DNA of 64,000 nt from Eledone cirrhosa (lineage: Eukaryota), in contig OZ024740.1 in the NCBI GenBank assembly GCA_964016885.1, positions 4,092,001-4,156,000 on the forward strand. Reading direction: 5' to 3'. The notes beneath the pieces were generated by a model that worked only from the letters and a program-made list of their open reading frames with translations, had not been told where the DNA came from and did no database searches. This document shows, one piece after another, positions 10,110 through 23,300 of this stretch. Both the position numbers and the translations under genes were made by a program. The number at the start of each line of letters is the position of its first letter. The stretch's first letter is position 1.

Positions 10110-10455
10110 AATTCACACAAATACACATACTTTCACACAAATATACATACATTCACACATATACATTTACACAAACATACATACATTCACACATATACAT
10201 TTACACAAACATACATACATTCACACATATACATTTACACAAACATACATACATTCACACATATACATTTACACAAACATACATACATTCACACATATAC
10301 ATTTACACAAACATACATACATTCACACATATACATTTACACAAACACACATACATTCACACATATACATTTACACAAACATACATACATTCACACATAT
10401 ACATTTACACAAACATACATACATTCACACATATACATTTACACAAACGCACACA
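10110..10455. repeat. 34-bp minisatellite (acatacatacattcacacatatacatttacacaa), about 9 copies
   Basis: attcacacat recurs at 10151, 10185 and onward with period 34. Confidence 0.92.
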
Positions 10456-10504
10456 TAGTCATGATAGTGTTCGGTGAACTGGAGATGGGAGGGTAAAACA
10501 AGTA

Positions 10505-11205
10505 TAACGTTTTATTTATTTATTAACTCTCTTTTTTAAAACTCATTTACTATAATGGTTACAGAAGGAAAACACTAACAAATATAATATATACAAAGGA
10601 AAGGGAAAGGAAAAAAGAAAGAGAAAAAATACACAGGCAGGTAATACACACATCTTAGGCCACAGAAAAATATGCAGGCGAAAGGGGTGGACAAACGAGC
10701 TGCTACTAGAGCAAAAGATAGCAATATAGCGAGGAGCACTAGGAAACCTCTCTAATAATTTTTGAGGCAACCCAGCATGCTCACAGCGTTACTTGGGGTG
10801 ATGGCGGGGCTGAGGTGCTGGAACAACCAACTGCTCTCACGAGCATCACCAGTTACCTCTGTTTGGCGAGCCACCAGTGAAGATAAGAACTTCACTGCCC
10901 GACTCCCTCAAATGTCTCGAACGCCACAGGCTGGATAATGTAGTTAGCTGACAGAACACAGTATTTTAGGATTTTGTTCCATTCAGCTGTGGATGCGGTA
11001 ACTCTCGCCCATACCGCTGTATCCAGAATGTGGGAAGAAGCAAAAGAGTCACTAACTGTGACGTCCCAGGTGAGGCAACTGCCTCTTGACCAGGAGCACA
11101 GAGTAAGACCGTCAAGTCTTTTCCCATCAATTCAGGACAACCCAGACAGTTCCAAAATTGAGGTGATATTTGCCCAGACCAAAGCTCTTCAGTGGTAATA
11201 GGACA
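10505..11205 (-). mobile_element. CRE-clade non-LTR retrotransposon 3' fragment (restriction-like endonuclease domain), decayed
   Basis: Minus frame: RALVWANITSILELSGLS*IDGKRLDGLTLCSWSRGSCLTWDVTVSDSFASSH...AEWNKILKY...QPVAFETF, then after disruption WLFQHLSPAITPSNAVSMLGCL. This matches the CRE-type RPDG...WDVT...K..KY...P.A.ET...FQR.S.A.QRGNA pattern. Stop at ~10752, 3' UTR, AATAAA-rich end near 10510. Confidence 0.82.
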
Positions 11206-11394
11206 GTATGTGTATGTGTGCACGTGTGAGTTTGTCGTCGTTCTTAAATTATAGACATGTGTGTATCAGTGTTTTTAAGTTAGACATATATATGTGTGTA
11301 TTCCTTTCCTTCCTTTTACACACACACACATTTACACAAACACACATACACATTGTGTGATGGACGGGTGGACAGAAGTCCCTCTTATTTATAT

Positions 11395-12030
11395 ACATGT
11401 GAATGGAGTTCTACTGAAGCAGTTAGAGAAGTTCAAGTATCTGGGAGCCGTGTTCATGAGTGATGGAATGCAGGAGGCTGAATTAAGTGCAAGAATTGCA
11501 AAAGCTGATGCAGTAATGCGCCAGCCTCAGCATTCAGCAATCAGAAGAAGCGGGGTAGGTGTAAAAGCCAAATTCGCTGTCTTCCTGGTATTCCTGCCAA
11601 CTCTTACCGAGGATCATGAATCTTGAGTAATGACCAAAAGAATACAATTGCAAATAAAAGCGGCAGAAATGGGATTCCTCTGAAGAGTCTTTGGAGTAAA
11701 GTTACTCGATAAAGGGCATAGCTCAGAGACCAGAGAGTCACTCCTGGTAGAGCCATTACTTCTCCGAATTGAGAGATCACAGCTCCGATATTATGAGCAT
11801 GTGTTTAGAATGTCTCAATAAAGAATCGCTGGACAGATTTTACAGGCAAAACCAACCTACCCAGAGGTAGACCCTGAGCAAGATAGTTGGATAACATCCA
11901 TGAGCTTGGTTGGTCATGCTTTGGGATCCAGCTGGATCAGTTAGAGATGTTTGCTACTGAAGGAGTGCTGGACTTGCTGGAAGGAGTGTTTGAGAAGGAC
12001 TCTCCCTCAGAAATAAATGGATAAAGAAGA
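11395..12030 (+). mobile_element. Decayed RTE-clade LINE 3' fragment (third subfamily)
   Basis: LKQLEKFKYLGAVF...PTLTEDHES*VMT...IKAAEMGFL*RV...IERSQLRYYEHVFRM...PRGRP, with stops and frameshifts. Confidence 0.82.
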
Positions 12031-12164
12031 AGATATTGACAATTTACTTTTCAATTTACATATATCTATATGCATATATATTTGCGTATAATACCAATAT
12101 GCACATTACATATGCTAGCAGAAAACCGCCCTGCTAGTACTGATAAACATTTGTTCTCTGCTCT

Positions 12165-12232
12165 AACGACTCTGCTCTAACGGCTCTGCTGTAATGACTC
12201 TGCTCTAACGACTCTGCTCTAACAGCTCTGCC
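12165..12232. repeat. 14-bp tandem repeat (ctctgctctaacga), about 5 copies
   Basis: Directly visible. Confidence 0.85.
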
Positions 12233-12505
12233 AATCAACTGATCTTTATTCCTAATATCCTGTACCACACAAATCCACAAAACATTCTTGAAAGGAACAA
12301 AACAGCACTATCACTCAACACATAAATTACAAGGGTAATTATTAGCAAGAAACCCCAGTGTAATCAATTTTCTCCAATCTTGCGAAAACTATATAGAAGT
12401 AGTTGATAGTTTCCATTAACTAGGTGACTGAATTAGCAGTTAACGGGGTTGCTCTGAAGGTATAGTAGTTAGAGTAGGAATAGGTAAAAAAAAGTTAAGA
12501 GAACC

Positions 12506-12827
12506 TGACCCCCCTTTTGGAATTCCATGTATCTAATACCTTGGACATGACTTGCGGAAACATTTTTTCATGCTCAGAGTTGCTGAAGCATGGAACAAAC
12601 TACCTGCATCAGTTGTTAGCTGTCAGGACACTGCATTCTTTAAAACTTCCACGCTTCCCAAAATTCGCCAACACTATACCTAATATCCCCCCTCCATACA
12701 CACACATGTATGCATGCGTGTGTGTGTGTGTATTATGACTCATACACTGTTCACTTTACTGATTTTTGATGAGTTGCAGTGCACCTGAGCACTGTACACA
12801 ATAATTTTCATTATTATTTTATTTTAA
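12506..12827 (+). mobile_element. CR1/L2-like LINE 3' end
   Basis: Translates HDLRKHFFMLRVAEAWNKLPASVVSCQDTAFFKTS (R..FF..RV...WN.LP..VV motif), then 3' UTR and (ATT)n-like tail. Confidence 0.75.
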
Positions 12828-13034
12828 CTATTGTCTGTTTGACAACAATAGTTTTCTATCTGTGATCGAAAGACCACTGTATGATCCTGATGCACAAAAT
12901 ACAATGTTGCATGGAAGTGAATTATGGGCAGTAGATGCAGAAGATATGTGGAGGTTGGAGAGAAATGAAGTGAGCATGCTCTTCTGCATGTGCAATGTTG
13001 CATGCATGTATGCCCTCGTGCACTGCAATCAGCG

Positions 13035-13275
13035 CATTGAGCCAGTGCTTATCTCAGTTTCATGGCATGAAGTGACAGAGTACAAGACGTCACTCTGGAT
13101 AGCATGCCAGTCCATTGCAGGGTTAAACCTCCAGCTATTGCTGGTACTCATTTTCAGCTGAGTATGCTGGAGCAATGTGAAATGAAGTGTTTTGCTTAAG
13201 AACACAACACACTACCTAGCCTAGGAATCGAACCCATGACATTACGATTGTAAGTTCAACACCCTTAGCACTAGG
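13035..13275 (-). mobile_element. tRNA-derived SINE
   Basis: Minus-strand B box GGTTCGATTCC, core TTCTTAAGCAAAACACTTCATTTCACATTGCTCCAG. Confidence 0.78.
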
Positions 13276-13567
13276 CAACACACAATTTGCATGAATAGCA
13301 AAATATGGGCTGAGAGAATAATTGGATGTAAGAGGAATGATATGTAGTGAGAAAGATGAATGACTGCATGTGATGTGAAGAAGTGCCAGGATTCCCCAGT
13401 GGAAGGAAGCTGCAGTAGAGGAAGACCAGAGAAGTTTTTGGCAGAAGTGTTGAGAGCAAATCACAAAATGCTGAATCTGACAAACAAGGTAATGAAAGAA
13501 TGTAGTAGATGGGGGTAGAAGCTGTGTGCAATAGATACATGCTGGCATGGAAAAGTAGATATAAAAG

Positions 13568-13823
13568 GATGATGATGATGATGACGATGATGATGATGAT
13601 GATGATGATGATGAGGAGGAGGAGGAGGAGGAGGAGGAGGAGGAGGAGGAGGAGGAGGAGGAGGAGGAGATGAGGGGGGGACCTGCGAAGCTTTACAAAT
13701 AGCAATGAAAATATGGATTAAAAACTAATATAGATAAGAAACACTGACCTACTGCACAATTGACGTGATAGAATGGTGGTGTTGTTGTGGTGGTGGTGGC
13801 GGTGGTGATGGTGGTGGTGGTGG

Positions 13824-13854
<31 letters not shown>

Positions 13855-14100
13855 AGTGGTGGTGGTGGTGGTGGCGGTGGTGGTGGTAGTGGTGGTGCTG
13901 GTAGTGGTGGTGCTGGTAGTGGTGGTGGTGGTGAGGCTGATGGTGGTGGTGGTGGTGGTGGTGGTGGTGGTGGAGGTGGTGGTGGTGGAGGTGGTGGTGG
14001 AGGTGCTGGTAGTGGTAGTGGTGGTGGTGGTGGCGGTGGTGGTGGTGGTGGTGGTGGTGGTGGTGGTGCAGTGGTGGTGGTGATGGTGGTGAGGTGGTAT
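13568..14100 (+). repeat. (GAT)n, (GAG)n and (GGT)n microsatellites
   Basis: (GAT)n/(GAG)n at 13568-13670; (GGT)n at 13775-14100. Confidence 0.95.
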
Positions 14101-14184
14101 GGTACAGTGGTTTCATGTACTTATGACTATCAGAAGTCAGTGGAATGGATATTGACTATTAAAAGAAAGAAGAAGAAAAAAGAT

Positions 14185-14216
<32 letters not shown>

Positions 14217-14629
14217 GTAAGAGATAAAAGAAATGGAGACAAAAAGAGATGAAAGAAAATCAAAGAAAAAAGACTGTAAGAAAGAATGAAAGAAAAAAGA
14301 GAGAAAAGAGAGAAAACTAGAAATAATGAGAGAGAGGTATTTTGTGAGGCAGAAGCTTTGGAGTATATTGAGATTAGAAAGGGGAAGTGATTGATTTTTC
14401 AGCTGGGCCTCCAGTGATGTTTAGAGAGAAACAACCAGATTCTATATGGCAGCACAACAGTCACATTTTACAACCATTTTCATCCTCTACTGGAATATGA
14501 TAAAGATGAGGAGTAGGATGAGAGGGAGGGGGGGGAGGAGGGGGAATCCAGGTCAAATGGAACGAATTTCTTTTGTCAGTATGGCTTAGATTACCTGTAT
14601 TTAGTGGAAGCAGTACAGCAACCTATCAG

Positions 14630-14660
<31 letters not shown>

Positions 14661-14795
14661 CCTACATATATACTTATATATACACACACACATATATATA
14701 TATATGTACGTACATATCATCATCATCCTCATCATCTCTGCTTAACATTCATTTTTCCCCATTGGCGTGGGTTAGACATATATATATATATATAT

Positions 14796-14983
14796 ATAGG
14801 AATGAGTAGGACCCCGACGGCTAATTCTGGACTAAATGGATTTAGTCCAGAATTAGCCGTCGAAACGGCTTGAGCTCAGCCGTCGGGGTCCTACTCATTC
14901 CTATTACCCACTCTACTATCCTAAGTATTGAGTACTTTGGTGCGTTATGGTCCACCTGGTTCCTTACCACATTTCCTTCGTTA
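14796..14983 (+). mobile_element. Short fold-back element with tail (probable PLE terminal fragment), copy 2
   Basis: Arms ataggaatgagtaggaccccgacggct / agccgtcggggtcctactcattcctat enclose the hairpin gacggctaattctggactaaat-gg-atttagtccagaattagccgtc followed by GAAAC. Tail to 14983; (TA)n both sides. Confidence 0.72.
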
Positions 14984-15445
14984 TATATATATATATATAT
15001 ATCATCATCATCATCATCATCATCATCATCGTTTAACGTCCATCTTCCACGCTTGCATGGGTTTGGAGATGTATATATATATATAGAAAACATTCTATAC
15101 AGATCACAATATATAAGGAAAATGATTAAAAAAAGTGTATGAAAAGCACACCTGGTATATAAAGGATCTTTATAACATGTACAAAAATTGATGTTAGAAA
15201 AGCCTGCTTTCTCCATTTTGAATCATCAAAACATTTGTTATTAGGTTAAATTACTTTAGCAAGGACAGAAGTGAGCCAAACAATGTGGTCGAGAATATAC
15301 ATTCAGTGGGTTATGTGCTTCATTATTAGACTATCCTTACGGGTTCGATAAAATAAAGTATCAGTAATACACTGGGTAATTGCTGGCCTTGTGCCAAAAA
15401 TAGAAACAATTATTTAGTCAATGTTACAGTGAAGCTTCTATTTCC

Positions 15446-15478
<33 letters not shown>

Positions 15479-15561
15479 GATCGTTGGCAAATCACTGATG
15501 AGGGACTCATTTTATAACATGTTATCCATGTGCAACCTGCAGTATTCTTCTCCCCACTTTT

Positions 15562-15593
<32 letters not shown>

Positions 15594-16314
15594 ATTTTAT
15601 GTATGTTTATATATGCAGCTATGTTTCCATGTGCATGAAAGATCCTTTACTGTACATGATTCTTGTATATAGTGAATGGGAACAAACTGTTTAAGTGTTT
15701 CTTCATAGTTTTATCTCCTTTTCCTCAACCTTTATACCCAGTTATAGAAGTAAGATAGCCATAGATCATGTGAACAAAATCATGGGAAGTAAATATATTT
15801 GGTTCTTTCTTCCATAGTTTGTCATTTTATTTCATCTAAAAAGTAAAAAAAAAACAACAAAAGGAAAGCACAGAAACAGAACGTCTTTTTTTTTGTTTAG
15901 ATGAAAGACTAAATAGCCAGAACATTCCCAAAACCTGTTGATTTGAGAACATGACTTCCTGAAAGTTAATGGTCTTAAAAGCTTAAAATTCTTTCATGTG
16001 ACATCATTGAAATTTTATTTGCTTAATCTTAGCTATGAATATTAAACATATTGACTGAAATGAGTCTGGCATCATAGGCAAACTCTCTCTTAAACAATAT
16101 CACAGTTTTTAAGTAATATCTAATATCAAAGTTTTTCTTTCTCATACCACATCACAGATTTTACCCAATATCAAAGCTTTTATTTGATATCAAGCATTTG
16201 GATTACAGCCTTTTACTAGATATCACAGTTTTTACCTGTTATCCCAGTTTTTGTTTGATATCACAGCATATTATCAGATATCTTAGCCTTTTATATGATA
16301 TCACAGTCATTTGT

Positions 16315-16472
16315 AAGGCAGCGAATTGGCAGTCATTAGAATGTTGTATAGATGCTTTGCAGTATTCATTTTGGCTTACTGCTCTCTGAGTTCAAATCCC
16401 ACTGAGGTCAACTTTGTTTTTCATACTTTCGAGGTCAATAAAAAAAAGTACCAGTCAAGTACTGGGGTCAAT
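16315..16472 (+). mobile_element. SINE of second family
   Basis: aaggcagcgaattggcag...ctgagttcaaatccc (B box) actgaggtcaactttg...aagtaccagtcaagtactggggtcaat; related pieces at 9600 and ~15335. Confidence 0.75.
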
Positions 16473-16684
16473 TCTTTCTCCATATCTCTTCCGCACTTCC
16501 TTTCTCTCACTCTCTATCTTTCTCTGGAAGAAATCTGTTGTATTCAGACCTGGAGAGGAGATAGGCTCTGCCAGGTTTAAAAATGCCCTAGAAACGCCAT
16601 ATGTCTATACAGTGTTTCCTACGACTCTCTTGGGAGTTACGGTACCTTGTATGTATCACAGCCTTTTACCTGATAGCTGCACAT

Positions 16685-16822
16685 AATGTGGTGAAATTAA
16701 GGAGTTCATTTCACAACCACATGGTTTCAAGTTCACTCCTATAGCACCTTGGACAAATGTCTTCTGGTATAACCTTCAGGTTAACCTATGTGAGTGGAAT
16801 ATGGTAAACGGAAACTACAGTT
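16685..16822 (+). mobile_element. Decayed SINE of a third family
   Basis: tgtggt..aaggagtt..ttcacaaccacatggtttcaagttca...gcaccttggacaaatgtcttct...tgtgagtgga..tggtaaacggaaact; tRNA-like head followed by a core resembling the other SINE cores. Confidence 0.6.
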
Positions 16823-17312
16823 AATTTCTGAGAGAGAGAGGAGGGAAAGAAATGGAGATGGGGACAGAGAGAGGAAAAGAGATATATATATATATATTAT
16901 AGAGAGAGAGAGAGAGAGATAGAGAGAGAGAGAAAGAAAGAGAGAGAGAGAGAGAGAGATAGATAGAGAGAGATAGATAGATAGAGAGAGAGAGAGAAAT
17001 ATATATATATATTTCTCTAGCCATGGGACTTGGAGAAATGAGCCAAATGCTACAATTCTATTGTACATCGATATGGGACTGCTCTTTCTAATAACCATTT
17101 TTTCACTGAGAGCTTTTGACGGGTGCGAAAATATTTGTTTTCTAATCTCCCGCCACCACGTAAAGTTTGTAAATCGGTGGCTGGTCGAGGGACAGAATTA
17201 TATCAGATTCCAGTTGTTAATCACTTTACTGTGTTGGCCGTCACAAACAGTCATGACCGGCATGGGCTGGGGTTTGGATTCTGTCGATCGATTGGTTATT
17301 TATTAGGCGATA

Positions 17313-17423
17313 CCCACTGATGAAGCCACATACGCCGATTATGCATTGTTGCATAATATATGCAGACAGAGGGTGCAGTGCACCCTACTGCTGCATTAGG
17401 TGTGGCCTAAACTCGAGTCCGGG
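17313..17423 (+). ncRNA. Degenerate type I hammerhead with long stem II, inside a microsatellite-flanked module (about 17015-17572)
   Basis: ccca-CTGATGA-agccacat...(inner hairpin agggtgca-g-tgcaccct)...gtgtggcc-TAAA-CTCGAG-TC-cggg. Palindromic stem III and GUC site; GAAA box mutated to TAAA. Confidence 0.6.
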
Positions 17424-17568
17424 AACTATTATAGGCACTGTTTACATATGTTGTATTGAAGCGAATAACTATGTGTATACTCTGGGAATATATCCTACAT
17501 TACCTATTGAGTACGCTGAGATACAACCGGTCCTGGCATTGATATATATGCAGGGTCCGTCAACTCCT

Positions 17569-17675
<107 letters not shown>

Positions 17676-17784
17676 TATAATTGACTTTAATTTTATCAAT
17701 CGCAAAATGCTCAACTCAACATAAACTCAGAACATAAATAAATATAACTTAATACTGAACATGAATATAACGAAGTATTGACAT

Positions 17785-18232
17785 AATGTACTGATATAAT
17801 ACAGTACTGGTATAACAGAGTACTGGTATAATAGAGTACTGGTATAACAGAGTACTGGTATACCAGAGTACTGGTATAACAGAGTACTGGAATACCAGAG
17901 TACTGGTATAACACAGTACTGGTATAACAGAGTACTGGTATAACAGAGTACTGGTATAACAGAGTACTGGTATAATAGAGTACTGGTATAACAGAGTACT
18001 GGTATACCAGAGTACTGGTATAACAGAGTATTGGTATACCAGAGTACTGCTATAACAGAGTACTGGTATAATACAGTACTGGTATAACAGAGTATTAATA
18101 TAATAGAGTACTGGTATAATAGAGTACCGGTATAACAGAGTACTGGTATAATACAGTACTGGTATAACAGAGTACTGGTATAATACAGTACTGGTATAAT
18201 ACAGCACTGGTATAATACAGCACTGGTATAAC
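17785..18232. repeat. 16-bp minisatellite (agagtactggtataac), about 27 copies
   Basis: ctgg recurs at 17807, 17823, 17839, 17855 and onward. Confidence 0.95.
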
Positions 18233-18304
18233 TTTGTGGGATTCTTTCGTTAGTCTTTCAACCATGACTAATTAACATAATTTTCAACAGTATAATCCAT
18301 TTGT

Positions 18305-18935
18305 TGATAGTGGAAGTGGTGGTGGTGGTGGTGGTGATGGGGATGGTGGTGATGTTGATGGTGGTGGTAATGGTGGTGGTGGTGGTGGTGGTGATGGTGA
18401 TAGTGATGGTGGTGGTGCTGGTGGTAGTGGTGGTGGTGGTGATGGTGATGGTGGTGGTGGTGGTGATGGTAGTGGTGGTGGTGGTGGTGGTGGTGTGTGT
18501 GTAGGTGGTGATGGTGGTGGTGATAGTAATGGTGATGGTGATGGTAGTGGTGGTGCTGGTGGTAGTGGTGTGGGGGGGGGGGTGATAGTGATGGTGTTGG
18601 TGTTGGTAGTGGTGGTGGTGGTGGTAGTGGTAGTGGTGCTGGTGCTGGTGGTAGTGATGGTGGTGGTGGTGGTAGTGGTGGTGGTGGTGGTGGTGGTAGT
18701 GATGGTGGTGGTGGTGGTAGTGATGATGGTGGTGATGTTGATAGTGGCAGTGATGATGGTGGCAGTGGTCATGGTGGGGATGGTGGTAGTGGTGGTGAAT
18801 GTGGCAGTGATATGATGGTGGGGATAATGATGGTGATGTTGGTGATGTTAATGATGATAATGTTGATTGTGGCAGTGATGATGTTGATATTAGAGATGAT
18901 GATGGTGATAGCGGCAGTGATGATGAGGAGGAGAA
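18305..18935 (+). repeat. Degenerate (GGT/GAT)n microsatellite
   Basis: Directly visible. Confidence 0.95.
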
Positions 18936-19199
18936 GCAGGTGCCAATAACCACAACACGTACAACAGAAAAAAAATTCCAATTTAATTGAACTTTATTTT
19001 CTCAATAATTTATAATAATCTGTTTATTCTGTTTTATTTTTATTTCATTTTATATTTGCATTTTTTTTTTTATACATTTCAGCTTTTGGCTGCAAGTTTT
19101 GAAGATAAAAACTACCTAATTATTGGCATTAATAGAAAATGTTTTGTTGATGTAATTTGGTGGAGGGAAACGATGTGGAAGCCTGTCTTTTAGATACAT

Positions 19200-19546
19200 G
19201 GTATATTTGGTAAAGGGGGAAGACCCCCTTCAGTCATCAATGACCCTGGGATTTGAACCTAGAAAGTTTCCCTCCAGGTACAAGCCTGGGCAAGGTTGTT
19301 TGTGGAAGACCAGCAGTCACCCTTGGATACCAGTCTCCCCTTCCCACGCCACTGATGTTGTCCAAGGGAAAGGTAATGGCTGACACAGTTTGGCACCAGT
19401 GACATCACAACTCATTTCTACAGCTGAGTTAACTGAAATAAAGTGTATTGCTCAAGAACATAATGCAAAGCTCGGTCCCAGAATCAAACTCATAACCTCA
19501 CGAGTGTAAGCCCAATCTTCTAATCACTAAGCCATGCACCTTCACA
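19200..19546 (-). mobile_element. Near full-length tRNA-derived SINE
   Basis: Minus strand starts GTGAAGGTGCA-TGGCTTAGTGA, B-box-like GTTTGATTC, core TTCTTGAGCAATACACTTTATTTCA, then about 230 nt of body. Confidence 0.8.
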
Positions 19547-19559
19547 TGGTGTATTATAT

Positions 19560-19728
19560 CCCACATATTGTAAAAGGGTCGATATTAGGAAGGGCACCCA
19601 GTCCCAGAGACTAAAAAATATGAGTTGTAGTTCTCTGACCCACCTGAGAGGGCAGTAACTTTGAATAAACACTAACTCATCCATCCAACCAATGCCAGCA
19701 TGGAAACCTGGATATAAAAATGATGATA
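19560..19728 (+). mobile_element. RTE 3'-UTR-derived short repeat
   Basis: gatattaggaagggcacccag...atgccagcatggaaacctggatataaaaatgatgat; reverse-complement similarity to 3349-3500 and 6433-6600. Confidence 0.65.
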
Positions 19729-19734
19729 TATATA

Positions 19735-19955
19735 CAGGGTGTCCCCCAAAATGTATACAGACTTCAACAGCAAAAGAAATCATTAAAATAAATTGATTTA
19801 TATACATTATTTAAATTATGTAAAAATTTTTGGGCATTTGCATACAATTGAAATATGTCTGTAGATCATTTTATTTTTAGGAAAGGCTGTGCATTCTAAT
19901 AGATATTACCTGTACAGGTAATCAAAGTGTGTATACATATTTGGGGGACACTGTG
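19735..19955. mobile_element. Tc1/mariner-type MITE with TA flanks
   Basis: TA-CAGGGTGTCCCCCAAAATGTATACAGACTT ... AAGTGTGTATACATATTTGGGGGACACTGTG-TA; ~30-bp imperfect TIRs, no ORF. Confidence 0.85.
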
Positions 19956-20122
19956 TATATATATATGCGTGTGTATCTGAATGGACAGACAGATATATAG
20001 GCAGTAGGGCCAGATTAAGGCCCTAAGTACTTTAAAGAGTATGACATAATCTTCATATTAAAAAACTGCAAAGAATAAAACATTTTGGAATGAGAAATAC
20101 ATTCAACATGAATAAAATAGTG

Positions 20123-20283
20123 GCCTGCTTCACATGGCATCCTGCTTCACATGGTGGCCTGCTTCACATGACAGCCTGCTTCACATGGCAGCCTGCTTCA
20201 CATGACAGCCAGCTTCCTATGATGGCCTGCTTCACATTACAGCCTGCTTTTCTATGATGGCCTGCTTCACATGACAGCCTGCT
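20123..20283. repeat. ~17-bp tandem repeat (gcctgcttcacatgaca), about 9 copies
   Basis: Directly visible. Confidence 0.88.
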
Positions 20284-20356
20284 ATTATATGTATTGTAGT
20301 ACTCAGATTTTATTTTTTAGTAAGTTCTTAAAAGTGTTTTAAGTTTTACAAGATAC

Positions 20357-23300
20357 TATACACACTTGGTAACATATATACACACTTGGTAACATATATA
20401 CACACTTGGTAACATATATATACACTTGGTAACATATATACACACTTGGTAACATATATATACACTTGGTAACATATATACACACTTGGTAACATATACA
20501 GACTTGGTAACATATACACACTTGGTAACATATATACACACTTGGTAACATATATACACACTTGGTAACATATATACACACAAGGTAACATATATACACA
20601 CTTGGTAACATATATACACACTTGGTAACATATATACACACTTGGTAACATATACAGACTTGGTAACATATACACACTTGGTAACATATATACACACTTG
20701 GTAACATATATACACACTTGGTAACATATATACACACTTGGTAACATATATACACACTTGGTACCATATATTAACACTTGGTAACATATATACACACTTG
20801 GTAACATATACACACTTGGTAACATATACACTTGGTAACATATATACACACTTGGTAACATATATACACACTTGGTAACATATACACACTTGGTAACATA
20901 TATACACTTGGTAACATATATACACACTTGGTAACATATATACACACTTGGTAACATATATACACACTTGGTAACATATATATACACTTGGTAACATATA
21001 TACACACTTGGTAACATATACACACTTGGTAACATATATACACACTTGGTAACATATATATACACTTGGTAACATATACACTTGGTAACATATATACACA
21101 CTTGGTAACATATATACACACTTGGTAACATATATACACACTTGGTAACATATATACACACTTGGTAACATATACACACTTGGTAACATATATATACACT
21201 TGGTAACATATACACACTTGGTAACATATATACACACTTGGTAACATATATACACACTTGGTAACATATACACACTTGGTAACATATATATACACTTGGT
21301 AACATATATACACACTTGGTAACATATACATACACTTGGTAACATATATACACTTGGTAACATATATACACACTTGGTAACATATACACACTTGGTAACA
21401 TATATACACACTTGGTAACATATATACACACTTGGTAACATATATACACTTGGTAACATATATACACACTTAGTAACATATACATACACTTGGTAACATA
21501 TATATACACTTGGTAACATATATACACACCCGGTAACATATATATACACTTGGTAACATATATACACACTTGGTAACATATACATACACTTGGTAACATA
21601 TATATACACTTGGTAACATATATACACACTTAGTAACATATACACACTTGGTAACATATATACACACTTAGTAACATATATATACACTTGGTAACATATA
21701 TACACTTGGTAACATATATACACACTTGGTAACATATATACACACTTGGTAACATATATACACTTGGTAACATATATACACACTTGGTAACATATATACA
21801 CACTTGGTAACATATATACACACTTGGTAACATATATATACACTTGGTAACATATATACACACTTAGTAACATATACATACACTTGGTAACATATATACA
21901 CACTTGGTAACATATATATACACTTGGTAACATATATACACTTGGTAACATATATATACACTTGGTAACATATATACACACTTGGTAACATATATACACT
22001 TGGTAACATATATACACACTTGGTAACATATATATACACTTGGTAACATATATACACCCGGTAACATATATACACACTTGGTAACATATACATACTTGGT
22101 AACATATATACACACTTAGTAACATATACATACACTTGGTAACATATATACACACTTGGTAACATATATATACACTTGGTAACATATATACACACTTGGT
22201 AACATATATACACTTGGTAACATATACACTTGGTAACATATATACACACTTGGTAACATATATACACTTGGTAACATATACACTTGGTAACATATATATA
22301 CACTTGGTAACATATACACACTTGGTAACATATACACTTGGTAACATATATACACACTTGGTAACATATATACACACTTGGTAACATATATATACACTTG
22401 GTAACATATATATACACTTGGTAACATATATATACACTTGGTAACATATATACACTTGGTAACATATATACACACTTGGTAACATATACACACTTGGTAA
22501 CATATATATACACTTGGTAACATATATACACAAGGTAACATATATACACTTGGTAACATATATACACACTTGGTAACATATATACACACTTGGTAACATA
22601 TATATACACTTGGTAACATATATATACACTTGGTAACATATATATACGCTTGGTAACATATATACACGCTTGGTAACATATATACACACTTGGTAACATA
22701 TATACACACTTGGTAACATATATATACACTTGGTAACATATATACACACAAGGTAACATATATACACACTTGGTAACATATATACACACTTAGTAAAATA
22801 TATATACACTTAGTAACATATATACACACTCGGTAACATATATACACACTTGGTAACATATACACACTTGGTAACATATATATACACTTGGTAACATATA
22901 TACACACTTGGTGAAATATACACACTTGGTAACATATATACACACTTGGTAACATATATATACACTTGGTAACATATATATACACTTGGTAACATATATA
23001 TACACTTGGTAGCATATATATACACTTGGTAACATATATACACACTTGGTAACATATATACACACTTGGTAACATATATACACACTTGGTAACATATATA
23101 CAATTGGTAACATATATACATACTTGGTAACATATACACACTTGGTAACATATTATATACACTTGGTAACATATATACACACTTGGTGAAATATACACAC
23201 TTGGTAACATATATACACACTTGGTAACATATATACACACTTGGTAACATATATACACACTTGGTAACATATATACACACTTGGTAACATATATATACAC

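Larger units (their letters stand above)
12345..13612 (+). mobile_element. Old RTE LINE copy split by a CR1-like fragment and a SINE
   Basis: 12390-12505 (IEVVDSFH*LGD*ISS..GCSEGIVVRV), 12828-13010 (MLHGSELWAVDAEDMWRLERNE) and 13275-13612 (decayed C-terminus, 3' end and (GAT)n tail) are collinear with the element at 6433-7435. Confidence 0.75.

Noticed and set aside
14390-15260. Candidate host exons (acceptor-like tttttcag at ~14400; minus-strand donor near 15150)
   Set aside because: Short frames with no recognisable domain; unsupported without RNA-seq.
15493-15515. CTGATGA as another hammerhead
   Set aside because: No stem II-GAAA or stem I partner follows; the same applies to the minus-strand CTGATGA near 5215.
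17749-18207. Tyr-rich repetitive protein ORF
   Set aside because: Translation of the 16-bp minisatellite.
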